Of a stretch of DNA of 64,000 nt, positions 1 to 12,400 are shown one piece after another. The stretch is taken from the NCBI GenBank assembly GCA_002633005.1, contig NMRA01000193.1:307527-371526 (forward strand). The letters are read 5' to 3'. Numbering within the stretch: position 1 is the stretch's first letter; every line of letters begins with the position of its first letter. The position numbers were made by a program, and so were the translations under genes. This DNA is from Phoronis australis. Its lineage: Eukaryota; Animalia; Phoronida. The notes below the pieces were generated by a model. The model saw only the letters and a list, made by a program, of their open reading frames with translations, was not told the DNA's origin and made no database searches.

Positions 1-2294
1 TTCTTTAAATACATCTGATTTCAAGTTCTCAAATTTATCATTCAAAAGTTTCAATAGCTCCCTGTTAGAAATGTCAGACGTAGAGTGGTCCGGTTGAGTT
101 AGATAAGACGTGATCCCCCGGGTTTGTGGCCTACTACTGGTTGGAGTGTTCTTGGGAGGCATGGTGAGACATCAATTACGTAACAGTAGCTTCACAATCG
201 ATGTAGGTCGAGAATATCAAAGTGTCCGACCACTCTTTCAGCAATTAGACCGAGCGTCAGCTCAAAGTTTGCCGTAACAGCTAACAGACAAACGTATGGG
301 ACTTAACTCACCAAAGAGCACCTCCACAAAACAAAGACTTTCTGGCTTGATAGCAATTAAAGTGCAGAAACCAGGTTACGAGTGCATAAAACACAAAATT
401 AGTGAGAGACAAACTTCAAGCGTGGCAACACTACGACAACGCGGTCTCTTAGTAGAGATCCGCCACTGTCATACTATACAACAATACACTTTGATCGCAA
501 TTCGATTCATAAAACATATGACGTATAAATGATAGCAAAGTACAATACGCATATACTTGTTCTATGTTGACTACTCAAGGTATTCACAATTAACAACTCC
601 TCTGCCCTTTTGGCTCTGTTCTGAGTTTGGTGACAGATTACTGATGACTTAGCCAGAGCCCTTCTCTGTCTAAAAAAATCTACGTCAGCGTATCAACTGG
701 TCAGCATCTAAACACGACCGCACTTCGTGCACAATGTCCCCTGCCACACTTACTGGGGTGGTTTCCCGTGCGAAATGGGTTTATTTGCAGTTCAAATGAG
801 TCTCCATGTTTTTCGTTTGACCGGATGGGGGCAATGTGATGTATTTCGCTGGAGTACGTTGAACAAATGGTTTTGCGTTTGTGCAATACTGCCTTCACAC
901 TTTTATATCCAAATAATTTTACAGCTTTGTGCTTTCGTTTTCAGAAATGCATTCTCAAGTGTTTGTTTTTACACCACATTCGGTCATTATTTTGTGAGTC
1001 TTTTGCAGGTCCAAGACACATGTTTTTTATTTGTTCATTATGCGACTGGTGAAAGATGTCTATACATAACGCCTCCTCAATAAATGAGCTCGTTAGATAG
1101 ATGGTTTGTTTCGATACCCCTTGTCAAGGAAAAAATAAATTTAACAGGCTGCTACGAAAGTCGCCACGAATGGTATCAAATACAAATAATTTTGCTTTGA
1201 CAACTCGTGATGTCATTGGGTCAGAGACAATTAAAAGCAATTGCGTGAATTCAGTTTGCAGTTATACACAGTGACGTTGGTCTTTAAATTTTTCTTGCAG
1301 TAAGTAATCGTGAATGATACGCATCGCCAACTTGAACAAAAGTATAGATACTCGATTGGTTTGTATCGCCAATAAATTTCAGGCCGGGAAATTGTTTACA
1401 CACAAATTAGGAAATTAAAAATGACATCACACAGATTGATCCTCTAACGATATCAAATAGTAGCGAGCCGATTTCACCAGAAATCTACAAGAATCCGTAA
1501 CTTAACACCAGCTTCATATTCTAAACGTTCGTTAGAGATCCGTGGCACACTTTATCAATAATTCCTACGAAACGACTTCACCAATGAAATCATCCATCGA
1601 AAATGTCACTGAATAATCGAAGAGTGTTGGAAACCTCATTACCATTAAGCGCGGTCGGAGGATGTTTTCACATTGCCCAGAAAAATGTCCACCAAAGTAC
1701 ACACGTTCACGTGGACATAATTGTGCAGAAACCTTCTATGTAAGATACCGTGAATCAGAGTAAAAATAAACCTGCGTAGCTTACTAAACGAGAAGCATGT
1801 GACAAAAATAACAAATTCACTTTTGATCTTTTACTTGTTCAGTATCATTCTAAATTCGTTCATCACATTTTATCCAGGGGTCCTACAACTGTTTGGCTAA
1901 AACGAAATTTGAATTAGGTCTTTTACTCTCATCAAATCGGTCTCATAATGTTTGTTGCCGCCACAGGATTTTATTTTCATTAATAACAAGAATATTAAAC
2001 CATCATCGACTCAAGAAAACGGTTATTGGGGTTGGTCTGCAAGTTAGAATATCGTGAGACTGGTTTTTCAGAATAAAAGGCCCAATTCGATTCCCAAGTT
2101 GGTTAAAGAAGGCGAACTCCAGTTTGAATAAACAAATCCAGAAAAAAATCGAAGAATGGCTGATACATCGGTTTGGCATATTTGCATTAACCTACTGGTA
2201 CAATGTCACAACTAACTGAATTTAGGTTTCACAGTACAAAAGACTTAACTATCGGCAACTAAACTACGTCACTGTTTTGATGAATAAGTACCCA

Positions 2295-2505
2295 TCACAT
2301 CATGCTATTGCCAGAAAAAGGCCGACACCTATCGGACTTGAAGTAAGTCGCCAGCCTAGGCCTAGCTTCAAGTCGTTTCTTAAAAGCCTTCAACAGATCC
2401 ACGTTCTCCAGTGACTCCCACGCCTGCGGAAACTGCGCCTCTGTTGCCCGCAAGACGTGCAAGAGACCTAGGTCGACGTATGTTATTTTTCCACCAACCA
2501 AGAAC
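2295..2505 (-). CDS. GST exon 4 (FLVGGKITYVDL...RPFSGNSMM*)
   Basis: ctcag acceptor; stop TGA at 2295-2297; AATAAA on the minus strand near 1970. Confidence 0.9.
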
Positions 2506-5500
2506 CTGAGAAATAGTAAAAATGTCACACAAAATTATATGTTCCAACGAGAAGCGTATACAAATTTGTATCACCTGCTCATTAAAAGAATTAGGGCTGT
2601 CATCAGGGGCGGATCCAGGATTTTGAGTTGGGGGGACAGGGCAGAATATTAGCCAGGATTTTGCCCGTCAGGCATTCGCACCCCCGAACTGCCTAATGGA
2701 ATCTGGTGGAATTTTAGGGGAGGGGCATGGCCTCCTTGGCCCCCCTCTAAATCCGCCACTGGTCATCTCACTTTCTACACACTGTATCTATTTTGTTAGG
2801 AGAAACTTGAAATCTGTTTCGCTCTGCGTCTCCTTCGTGCAGTGTTCAGTTTTGCTTTTGTGTTCAGTATAGAAGGAGGCCGGACACTCCAGCTTGAACA
2901 GCATTTAGTCACCGTGACCGAATGATTCTTGTTGGGCCGAAGTTGGCACACCCAGCAGATTCATTAGTGAAGTCAACAGGAGTCCTCCAAATCTTTTTGT
3001 TGTCTACTACACTATACCACCTCTAAAGATTGTCTCAAAAGAAAATAGCTCCTGAGAGTGGTTTGTCCAAGGCAATTTGTTTACAAAAATCGTGCAAAAA
3101 TCACTCGTTGTAATGATTACTTCTCAAACCTATAGTTGACAGTCCCGATGGAATTTGACCAGAAAATGCCGGTAGGGGTCGGTGCCAGTTGGTTTTCAGA
3201 CACAGATCCAGTTATCTAACCACTCTTTCAACTCAATTTTCTAATTGTTCACCAAAAACAATTCATTTAAACTTCAAATGTTCTTAGACATTCGTCAAAC
3301 TATTGAAAAGATTGCAACTTTTGAAACAGATTTCGATGCAATGTCTAATTTGAAAAAAAAAATTGGTTGTCCTCACCCCTTGCCGCCATTGTTAGCTTTC
3401 AGCGCATTCTCGAAGTGCGTCAGGAACTTCGGCATCCTGTCGCTCACAAAACGATCTATGTAAGGCTTCGTCTCTTCTTGCTGCGTGAAGTAGCTGGCCG
3501 TGAAATCCTTCCCATGAAACGCGAGACGACCTTGAATAGTTGGATAAAAGTAAACTTACATTGTTAATATTAACTCCTGGCACTTCAATTTTTACACTGT
3601 TGATCAGCAACGCCGGTTAACAGCTGACGAAAATATGGCTACGGACGACTTTTCCCATTTGTGTGACTACTATGCACTTACAGATGCGCTTCATGAAAGT
3701 CGGGGAAATATTTTTTCCCGAAAGGAGTGGAAAATTGGCGACTACCGGAATGCCAAAAACTGTCGGCAACCACTAGTCTAGAGCCAAAAGCATGCGGGCA
3801 CCCAGCCTAAAATATAAGGGGGCTCAAATTTTTCGATATGTGTACCTTTTACTGAAAGAAATCAACGAGGACTAAAACAAAAAAACGGGGCCACTAGGTT
3901 CAAGCCCACGAACCGTGGATTTCGTGGACTTTTGTCTCGTTTACTCGGACTTTTTGTTCACTGAGGCGGACCTTTTTGCCCAATTCGCCAAATTGGGGGG
4001 GGGGGNNNNAAACGAGCCCCCCGGAGAGCCCCCCTGGGTGCGCCCATGAAAAGACAGAAAAGTTTCCTAAACTTTCATGAAGTGGACAGGGAATTCAACT
4101 TATCGAATTTTAAGAACCTAAACACGATGACCTTTGAAGAGAGGGCGCCAGAAATGTAAGTACCCACAAACAGAAAGCACTGAACAATCCGGCCATGACA
4201 TGCATTTCAAAAACGCCTTGGACTCAGTGTGGCAATAGGAAACATGACAATAAGAAATATTGAAGTAAATATTTGTCACCGAGAACATGTCGTTTAGTCT
4301 TTGAGCGCCTGGACTGTGTTATCCTCTACACTCACGGATTCTAGTCCTAAAGCTGAGAGATTCGCAATGCAAAATATAAGTGCTAAACCACTATTCTACG
4401 AGGTCATCATGTTACATGCGTAGTTCCTTGGCTATGATGGCGCCCTGTCGCTCGTCTAACCTTCTGCAATGTAGTCATGCACGGTTGCGTTCAATTGGGC
4501 CGCGTGCCACTCATCTTCTGCGTTGTCGGGAAAAAGACCAAATTCCTTTCCAAGAAACTGAGTAACTACTCCAGCTTGGCTCAACTTGAAAGTGCCTGCA
4601 AGGATGATAAAAATGTAAGAACAGGACCGGCCTGAACACTTAGCGATGATCGAATTTGTATGTCCCGTCCGTGGAGCCTCCAAAGGGGTGGCTAGTATAT
4701 AGGCCTACTCCACAAAAACGTGAAATTTTTAACTTGATCCCTTTGATTATTATTGCTTGGAAACAGAACTTGTCTGGTGGCAGATGCATCTACAACCTAA
4801 CCCCACAAGAGCCGAGCAAGAGCTTGAACTACCAAACCAAACCCCTGAAACCTACGGGAGGCTATTAAATTACCTAAAACCCAGTGGCGTACAAGTAAAA
4901 TAATGACATCCGACCCCCACCCCTTGTCGCCAATAGCGAAGCCCATTGGCCCACCTTGTCACCTAGTCAATTCCACGCCCTTCTCAGGTAGCCCGGCAGA
5001 ACCGCTGGCCGCCCCCAGCCATCGTCCACTGAATTTTCGTATAGCTCGATCCCCCGTCTTTTGTCATTGGCGGATTTAGGGGGGCCGGGGGGGGGGGGGC
5101 AAGGGGNNNNNNNNNNNNNNNNNNNNNNNNNNNNNNNNNNNNNNNNNNNNNNNNNNNNNNNNNNNNNNNNNNNNNNNNNNNNNNNNNNNNNNNNNNNNNN
5201 NNNNNNNNNNNNNNNNNNNNNNNNNNNNNNNNNNNNNNNNNNNNNNNNNNNNNNNNNNNNNNNNNNNNNNNNNNNNNNNNNNNNNNNNNNNNNNNNNNNN
5301 NNNNNNNNNNNNNNNNNNNNNNNNNNNNNNNNNNNNNNNNNNNNNNNNNNNNNNNNNNNNNNNNNNNNNNNNNNNNNNNNNNNNNNNNNNNNNNNNNNNN
5401 NNNNNNNNNNNNNNNNNNNNNNNNNNNNNNNNNNNNNNNNNNNNNNNNNNNNNNNNNNNNNNNACGTGCTTCCCCCCCCCTCCCCCCCTTAGCTGCCGTG

Positions 5501-5741
5501 TGCCACTCACCTAACTAAACTAAAACATTGTTAGCCTACCCTTCGTGATCACGGGAGGGGCCAAACACGGGAATCCATCTTGTGAACTGGGGTCAATTTT
5601 GAACATTTTCATCAGCAACTCTTTATCGTTTATTTCATCAAACTCGACTCCTGCCTCCTCGAACAACAAGCGAACAAACTCCCCACGACCAGCCCCGGCC
5701 ACTTCTTTGGGCCAATAATACAGCGTATACTTTTTCGACAT
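2295..5741 (-). CDS. Glutathione S-transferase (Tyr-type, sigma/pi-like fold), 4 exons, 233 aa
   Basis: Exons 5540-5741, 4461-4595, 3377-3530 and 2295-2505 all have GT-AG boundaries with consistent phases (702 nt, ATG to TGA). Motifs: YTLYYWP..GRGEFVRLLFEEAG, LAPP, F(K)LSQ, and the C-domain FLVGGKITYVDL N-capping box. Confidence 0.93.
2604..2761. mobile_element. MITE, hAT-like termini, 5-bp TSD
   Basis: TIRs CAGGGGCGGAT / ATCCGCCACTG; GTCAT duplicated at 2599-2603 and 2762-2766. Confidence 0.75.
3377..3530 (-). CDS. GST exon 3 (GRLAFHGKDFTASYFTQQEETKPYIDRFVSDRMPKFLTHFENALKANNGGK)
   Basis: ttcaag acceptor, gtgagg donor; this frame is not in the ORF track and was translated by hand. Confidence 0.88.
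3791..4048. mobile_element. MITE, hAT-like termini, 5-bp TSD
   Basis: TIRs CATGCGGGCACCCAG / CTGGGTGCGCCCATG; AAAAG duplicated on both flanks. Confidence 0.72.
4461..4595 (-). CDS. GST exon 2 (GTFKLSQAGVVTQFLGKEFGLFP...YIAE)
   Basis: tgcag acceptor, gttag donor, phase 1-1; contains the GST SQ motif. Confidence 0.9.
5065..5507. mobile_element. G/C-run MITE-like element spanning an assembly gap
   Basis: Starts CATTGGCGGATTT, like the 2604 element; poly-G/poly-C arms either side of the N-gap 5107-5463; no TSD seen. Confidence 0.4.
5540..5741 (-). CDS. GST exon 1 (MSKKYTLYYWP...PPVITK)
   Basis: ATG at 5741; donor G|gtaggc at 5539. Confidence 0.9.
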
Positions 5742-5776
5742 CCTACACGGCTACAGAATGAAGCGCAGACAGGCAA

Positions 5777-5787
5777 ATGAGTCAGCA
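5777..5787. promoter_or_regulatory. Antioxidant response element (NF-E2/Nrf2-Maf, AP-1 core) just upstream of the GST ATG
   Basis: ATGAGTCAGCA is a full match to RTGASnnnGCA, 36 bp upstream of the GST start codon; TATA-like ATAAAAAG (minus strand) near 5794-5801. Confidence 0.55.
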
Positions 5788-5870
5788 GAAGTGCTTTTTA
5801 TTGTTGACCGTTTATCAAGGTCATGTTTGAAAATCATGAAAAAATGTAGGTCAAAATTAGGGCTTCCACT

Positions 5871-6288
5871 GCTGTGCGTGAACTTGGAATCCTACTTAAT
5901 CTCAAGATCGCGTATGCGTGAACTTAGAATTGAATATTCATTTGGGCAATCAGGTGAAATTTCTGTTCAGCATAAAGCATTTTTGTAATTATTGGCGTCA
6001 TCATCAACCATTCTCTCCTTTAGTATACCGTCACATGTGTCAAAGAATCGGAGGAATATGTGAATGGTTAAATCACGAGTATTGTTTGGTGAATAAGATC
6101 GCCAATAGCTGAAAAAGATTAGATAAAAAGTTACGTTATGTTATGAATATGTAATTTGATTTAGTGCAGTGCAAATTTTATCAACGCGTACGTGGTAATT
6201 TGAGGGAACTTGTCAAGTTTCCTCGTGTATTCCAAGTTCACGCACTACGCGATCTTGAGATAAGCAAGATTCAAAGTTCACGCACAGC
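5871..6288. mobile_element. MITE with ~60-bp imperfect TIRs in the GST promoter
   Basis: gctgtgcgtgaacttggaatcctacttaatctcaagatcgcgtatgcgtgaact is the near reverse complement of 6229-6288. Confidence 0.75.
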
Positions 6289-7047
6289 CTCACCTGCAGG
6301 CGACGTATCCTTAAATAGGTCAAATTTGGATGAAAGCACCCACGAAAACGCGTGATGCGAATTAGAACGAGCGACAATGGCGATTAATCGTCCCAAATTT
6401 CTCCCGTAGTCATCAATCCGGCCTTCCCCGGGCCGTTCCCGGCGACTCCGTGCCATCGACGTGGAATTAATAAAGTTTGAGGCTGTGACCCCATGCCGAG
6501 TCGATTTGTAAAATGACCCCGATTAAGTACGGGACGCTTTTTCAACTGAAGGGGTCTCCATTTTCGGTAAAGAACTTCTTTCTAGCCCTTGAAAAGATCA
6601 GTAGGCTCAATACAGTTCAAGCAGTCGAGCTAGTTGAAATTAAACTGCGTGACATGGGCCCCTTTTGTTTTTTGAACCGAAGGGGCGCGAAAGACTCTTT
6701 CTGAGAAATTTGTGGGGCTGCAAAAAGTTCCTGACGGAGATGCTGCGGTTAGAGTGCGGGTAGGCGAAAATTATTTATAACTCAAGAAATGGAGAGCACC
6801 GAAAATTGAGGGTTTCACACCGGGGCGGTCTGCCCCTGCCCCATCTTTGGTAGGCACTCAGCGAAAATTACCGAGTCCGACTGTTGACATTACGAGTAAC
6901 AGTAATCTAAAGCGGGAAGTTGAACTTTAACAGGAAATTCAGGAACCATTCAGAACTTCATATTTGCAAAAAAAATCTGGCTGGTCGATAACCATTTTTC
7001 TCATGATTTGTGTAATCTGCATAGTTTTAGCAGTCAGAATGCATTGT

Positions 7048-7272
7048 CCCGGGAGTCACTCATATTGACAAGGTGCTCGCAGGCGTGTACCGAAATTGCG
7101 GTAATATTCAGCAAATTTTGCGGGACCCGCGCGGAGTCCAATAGGCCCCTAAATTTCGTGGAGGTGAGGCAGAAAAATCTACACTGCAGAAGGGACACCC
7201 GCAATAGGGGGTCTCTCGGCAATTTCTGGTACACGCCTGCGGGCACCTTGTCAATATGAGTGACCTCCGGGG
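7048..7272. mobile_element. MITE with ~50-bp TIRs and 9-bp TSD (Mutator-like signature)
   Basis: CCCGGGAGTCACTCATATTGACAAGGTGCTCGCAGGCGTGTACC pairs with the 3' arm; ATGCATTGT at 7039-7047 and 7273-7281. Confidence 0.85.
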
Positions 7273-9258
7273 ATGCATTGTCCCTCAGTTAGTACTAATC
7301 GTATGCAAAAAGTGGACTTGAGGTGAAAACTGCTGACACAGCACATCGTACAACATTGGAGGATCGAGGCAGTGGTGGATTAACTATAACAGGGAACAAG
7401 GCTGAGACAAAATTCGGGGCCCCTGTTCTAAGTAGACTTACAAAGCGTACTTGACCACTAGTCATTATCGCATACATAGGGTGTACACCTGGCGTGGTGT
7501 CATACTGCAACTAATTGTGGAGAATAGCTAGAGTACTACATTTTTCGTGAAAAACCTTGCGCGTTCTTTGGATAACAAAATTGTTTTATAATAGGACTGT
7601 TCACACTCCCAATACCTCGGCCTCGACACATTTTAGAAAGCTATTGAGAGCAATAGTTGCACGATCGATCACCTGGGCGTCTTTCATTAATCTTCTCAGT
7701 TGATCTATATTTTACGGGAGTAAAACAGTTTTCAGTTAAACATAAAAAGCGTGTCTGCAATTCTAGTGGAGAATCACACAATCAGTTTTGCTTTAGTGGT
7801 GTTTTACCAGTACTGTACCACTATCCCGACAAGCGGCGCTTTTCACCCCAGGCCTTATTTACTTTTGTACACTCATGCCCTCTTCCATTTTGTCTGGCCA
7901 CAAACTCAAATCAATCTCAACCGGTTTTCCTTCAGGCCACTGTTGTCTACATAACTGGACTGGGAATGTCCGTGCTTTGGCACTAGAGCTAGTAACGATG
8001 TTTAAAAAGTGCAGGTATACCTAAATCGCTTCGCAGTGGAAACGAGACTGTGTTGGGACGCACCCATTGACGCGTTAGATACGGAGACCCTCAGCAGGGA
8101 CCAAAGAACAAGTTTTCGTCACTTAAAGCCACTATAAACCATATTCTCGCCTTAATATCTTCAACTTTCGTCACTGTCGTATTTGATCTTCCAAGGCATA
8201 GATAGCGCTCTTATACTTTGAAATGAATTTGGTTACAAGAAATAGCGGGAAATTACCATGTTGGTCGTACGGCATTGGCTACTGAAACTCAGTAAACCCA
8301 TCACATCAAGGGACTTGGGCCAGGTCCCAAACCTAGAAATAGTTTCTAATCTAAGTATGGGACAAGATGAGGCCGGTTTCATACAACAGTAAGTAGCCTG
8401 AATCAAATGTTATTTTTTGACAGGAGGTCGTGGTTTATTGCCCCGACCCCCAAACACACACTATACATTAACAATAGTGGGGTCTACAATAACTCTGACG
8501 CAACAATTCAACCTTCTAACCTGTGATATTATGGAAAATAAAACCATTTCATGTATGACTTGCATAAGGACTAAAATTTGCCACATGTACACAGACCTAA
8601 TTTCTGACTTGGGAATTTTGCACCTATCGGGGCATCTCTGGCTCCCTGGCCTCCCAGAGCCCCTAGTCTTAAACCTGCTCAGCCCCATAGTTAATATGCC
8701 ACTGGTCTGACAGCAATGTCAAAAGGGAGCACTGTAGCCCATGACTGCACAAGTATTTGCGAGGACTGAAAAACTACAACTTTTCACAGGGCTCAGTCTT
8801 GTATGAGTATGCCAATGACTGTCACTTCTAGAAACCTCAACTGTTCAAATCACCTCTAGGCACTTTCTCTGTCTTTTCATCGATGTCTTAATTCCCTAAC
8901 GCCAAAGTATCCCTTCATATACCAACTGGTACACCTCTGAGTGGAGCACGGAGTCTACCTATCTCAACCTAGGACATCCTTCCCCAACATTCTTTCCTGC
9001 CATTTCATTGTGCACGGACTGACGCGTTAGTATGCCATGCAGGTTAGGGGTCAAAACGCCCCATGAAAATGGCATTCTTACCCCATTATATCATTCCAAC
9101 CAGAATGTCTGAACATGCTCAAAATCGAGTACCCCTCTCAGTTTATTTAACAATGGTTACAGACAACAGACTTGGATACCTAAGTTGCTCTTTCCTTACT
9201 AAAATTTAATGTAAAAGCCACCATTGGTATTAATTCTGTAATAATTTAATAACTTGCT

Positions 9259-9424
9259 TCAGCTACACAAGGTCAAGAGTTCAGATAACATTTTCTTCTG
9301 TCCATATCGAACATGAAGTGCATATTTTTCTCTCACAGATAATTTCACAAAGTTTTCTTCTTTAAGCATATCTTGGTCCTCTTCCAGAGTGTGCGTATAA
9401 TCGTTCAACACATTCTGTGCCATT
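9259..9424 (-). CDS. SETD6: SETD6 last exon
   Basis: [17 protein letters not shown]...[20 protein letters not shown]; AATAAA (minus strand) at 9142-9147. Confidence 0.87.
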
Positions 9425-12400
9425 CTAAAATTAAGAAAGTATTCATATCAACAACTAGCTAAACTATCAATTGTCAGAAAGCAACACAATTTCTCATTGT
9501 AGACTTCAGACTTTTCATTTGTAAATCAGCCATTCAATTCACAAAAATTATCTTTAATTTTTTTTAGTTCGAATTCTGGTAGTTGGCATGACATCATTAT
9601 TCTGGTAGTTGGCATGACATCATTTAATATGTTTCAAGAAAAGCAATGTAATTAATGCATGTTGGCATGACGACGTTGTTACCAAGTGTGTACTTTTAAT
9701 GAAACAAGGTCACATAACAAGTTCAACTTACTTTGAAAGCAGCTTCTTCCATGATGGCAATAACTTGGGTATATTTTCTGAAAACAAAAAGGCAGTAGTT
9801 AAAACTCAGTGAAACATTCTTACTATCACATTTGAAACGAGGCAGTGAGGCCACCTATTTACAAGGTCCAAGATTTGAATCCCACTAGAGCCCGCTGTTA
9901 GACCCTTGAGTCAGGTCTCTTAAGTCACCAGCGCAGTCTTAATTTGTACATAATTATGTAATTATGTGTCATATGTAAGCATATTAATAAATGAAAATGG
10001 TTTCAGGTGTTTGGTGCAATGGGCCTAGCTGAGTGACATGTGCAAATCTAATGCAACATGTATCAGACCAACTGCAATATTTTTTATCACACTTAACTAA
10101 AAACTTTAAAACCCTTTTGATATTGGCACAATACACAAAGCACAACACAGTCATAAACCAATGGACAATCTAAATCTGTTGAGATCAACATGTCACTGGT
10201 CAAATCAAGAGTGCCTCGGAACTTCAGCATCAAGCTGGCCAAGTAATGTTTGCAAATGCAAGATGACTGCTTAAGACAACTACAACACAAGCCATTGGTT
10301 AATCATTGGAGTTCAAAGTTGTAGCACCACATCCCATTGGTTGAACAAGGTGACCTGATGTAACTTTACACACCATTGGTTAAACTCTCATCTTCTTCAC
10401 CATCATTCTCCTCCTCCCAGCCTTCATTACTTTGATATTCTGCAAATTTCTTTTTATCCAAAGTCAAAACCTTCAATGGAAATTGGAAGCACAATGATAC
10501 AGCGCAGCAAGACACTTTAGTAAACTTTAGTTTCTTTTTCATCAATTTCAAGAAAAAATAAGTAGAGAAATCCATGAAATAAAAGGTACATTTCAAAAAG
10601 CAATAACACAAACTTTAACATCATAAACAAACACAATGTGCAAAAAAAATTTTCATCTTAAGTACGTTTTTCTTCTTCAAATGAAAAGCGAACTTTTCTT
10701 GAAACGAAAAGCCATCAAAAAACCAATAGACCTTTCACATCCAAATGGGTCTGTACAAAACAAACAATACCCAGTTTTAAAGGCCCTTTCATACTAATGT
10801 CAATAAGATATTTTGGAGAGTTCCGATCAGTATGAACATTTAATTTTGGCTCTGGATCTAAGTTAACAGCATCACTTAACTTCGCAGTAAACAGGCGGAG
10901 TGTCGACGCTACAGTGCAGTATGAACGGTCAACTTCGGTCCCCTCAAAATTATTGCCAGGGGTCACTGATATTGTAAAATATTAAAGGACAGTATTGTCG
11001 CTAACAGTTGCTTATAATTTACTCTAATAATCACCAATCGAATTAGAAATAAGTTTTATGTCAATCAGCACATGTCAATGTTCCCAAATTTTCAAATTAA
11101 AAAAATCTTAGCGTGCAAGTGATGCATCAGCGCTACCTTGCAATTACCTCGATCACAACAGCGTCACCTACCATTTAATTTGATGTCTGATAACTACCCA
11201 AGCCCGTATGAACGGTTCAGTTAACTTCATAGTTTATGCTTAGACTGGAGTTAAGTCAGTATGAAAGGGCCTTAAGAAGTGGAAAAGTTTGAAATTATTT
11301 ACCATGCACTAATAGCTACACTTCCCATCCAAATATCAAAATCAAGAAATAAGATTCAGTAGTTTATTGACAATTTCCGTAGACATTTGTCGGGCTTCAC
11401 GTGATATTTGAAAACAGCGAAGGAGACCAGACAAAAAAGGGACACTAAATCAATTCATAATCATGCGGACATTTCCGCTGATTTTCGACGAGGAGAGGGT
11501 TCATCAACTAATTTTGTTTTTGAAAACAACTGTAATCCACGACATTAATTAGGACTCTCCACTACAATAGTTATTGATTTCAACCCAAAAAAACGGTGAC
11601 AGCAGCTGTCAGCTAGGCAGCCCTTTCAACAGTGATGAATTTTGACACTCATTTTACTTGTTGATGCCTTAGCAGATCCTTTAGGGATTGTTCTCTATAA
11701 TCACATGGAAATATTTGTGACATTTCTATCAATGGCAAAGTAACCGATCATTACAATTTCCTAATGAAGTGCACTACGAAGAAATATCTTTTTAAGAAAC
11801 ATAATAAATAAAATAAGTCATGCTCATACCTTCAGTATGGTAGCTGTTTCTTCCTCGGTTACAAATCCAGACAGTCCCAAGACTGACACAGCGTCATCTG
11901 CCACTAGGTCCTATATTAAAATATTCATTGTCAATTTCAACAACAGGGCACAATATACGTACAACATAACTAAGGCCAGGTTGTGTGGAAAGTTTACAGG
12001 CAGACAACTTAATGCGTAAATCAAGGTGCAACTGGAATTAGGACGCTGTTTCAGCTGAGGCTACATGATCAGTCACAGCTGAGATGTCTGCATGCATGTG
12101 ATTGCCAATGTGAAGCTGTGTTTTTATGAGAATGAATCTTTCTAATTATTGTAAATTCAACTGAATGTCATATCTGAAGGTAGTTGTTGTTGCGCATTCA
12201 AGAGCAACACAAAGCACTGAAATGTGCCTACAACTACACCACAAATGGGATGGTTCTATGGATATTTATTGGTATCCTAAAAATGACCATTAGATGGCCC
12301 AGAATATGTCAAACTCATCCGAAAATGGGAAAACATGGTGGTCAACTCCTTAATACAAAATCCTTTGCCAAATTTCATGAAACTCAAGGAACCCTAAAGA

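Noticed and set aside
641-690. CTGATGA...AAAA...CGTCAG hammerhead-like string; also a weak cagacgtaga/tctacgtcag TIR pair spanning 75-688
   Set aside because: The GAAA core is missing, the stems are poor, and no TSD supports the TIR.
7350-8704. CAGTGGTGGATTAACTAT ... ATAGTTAATATGCCACTG as one 1.35-kb element
   Set aside because: No TSD; may be two unrelated half-elements.
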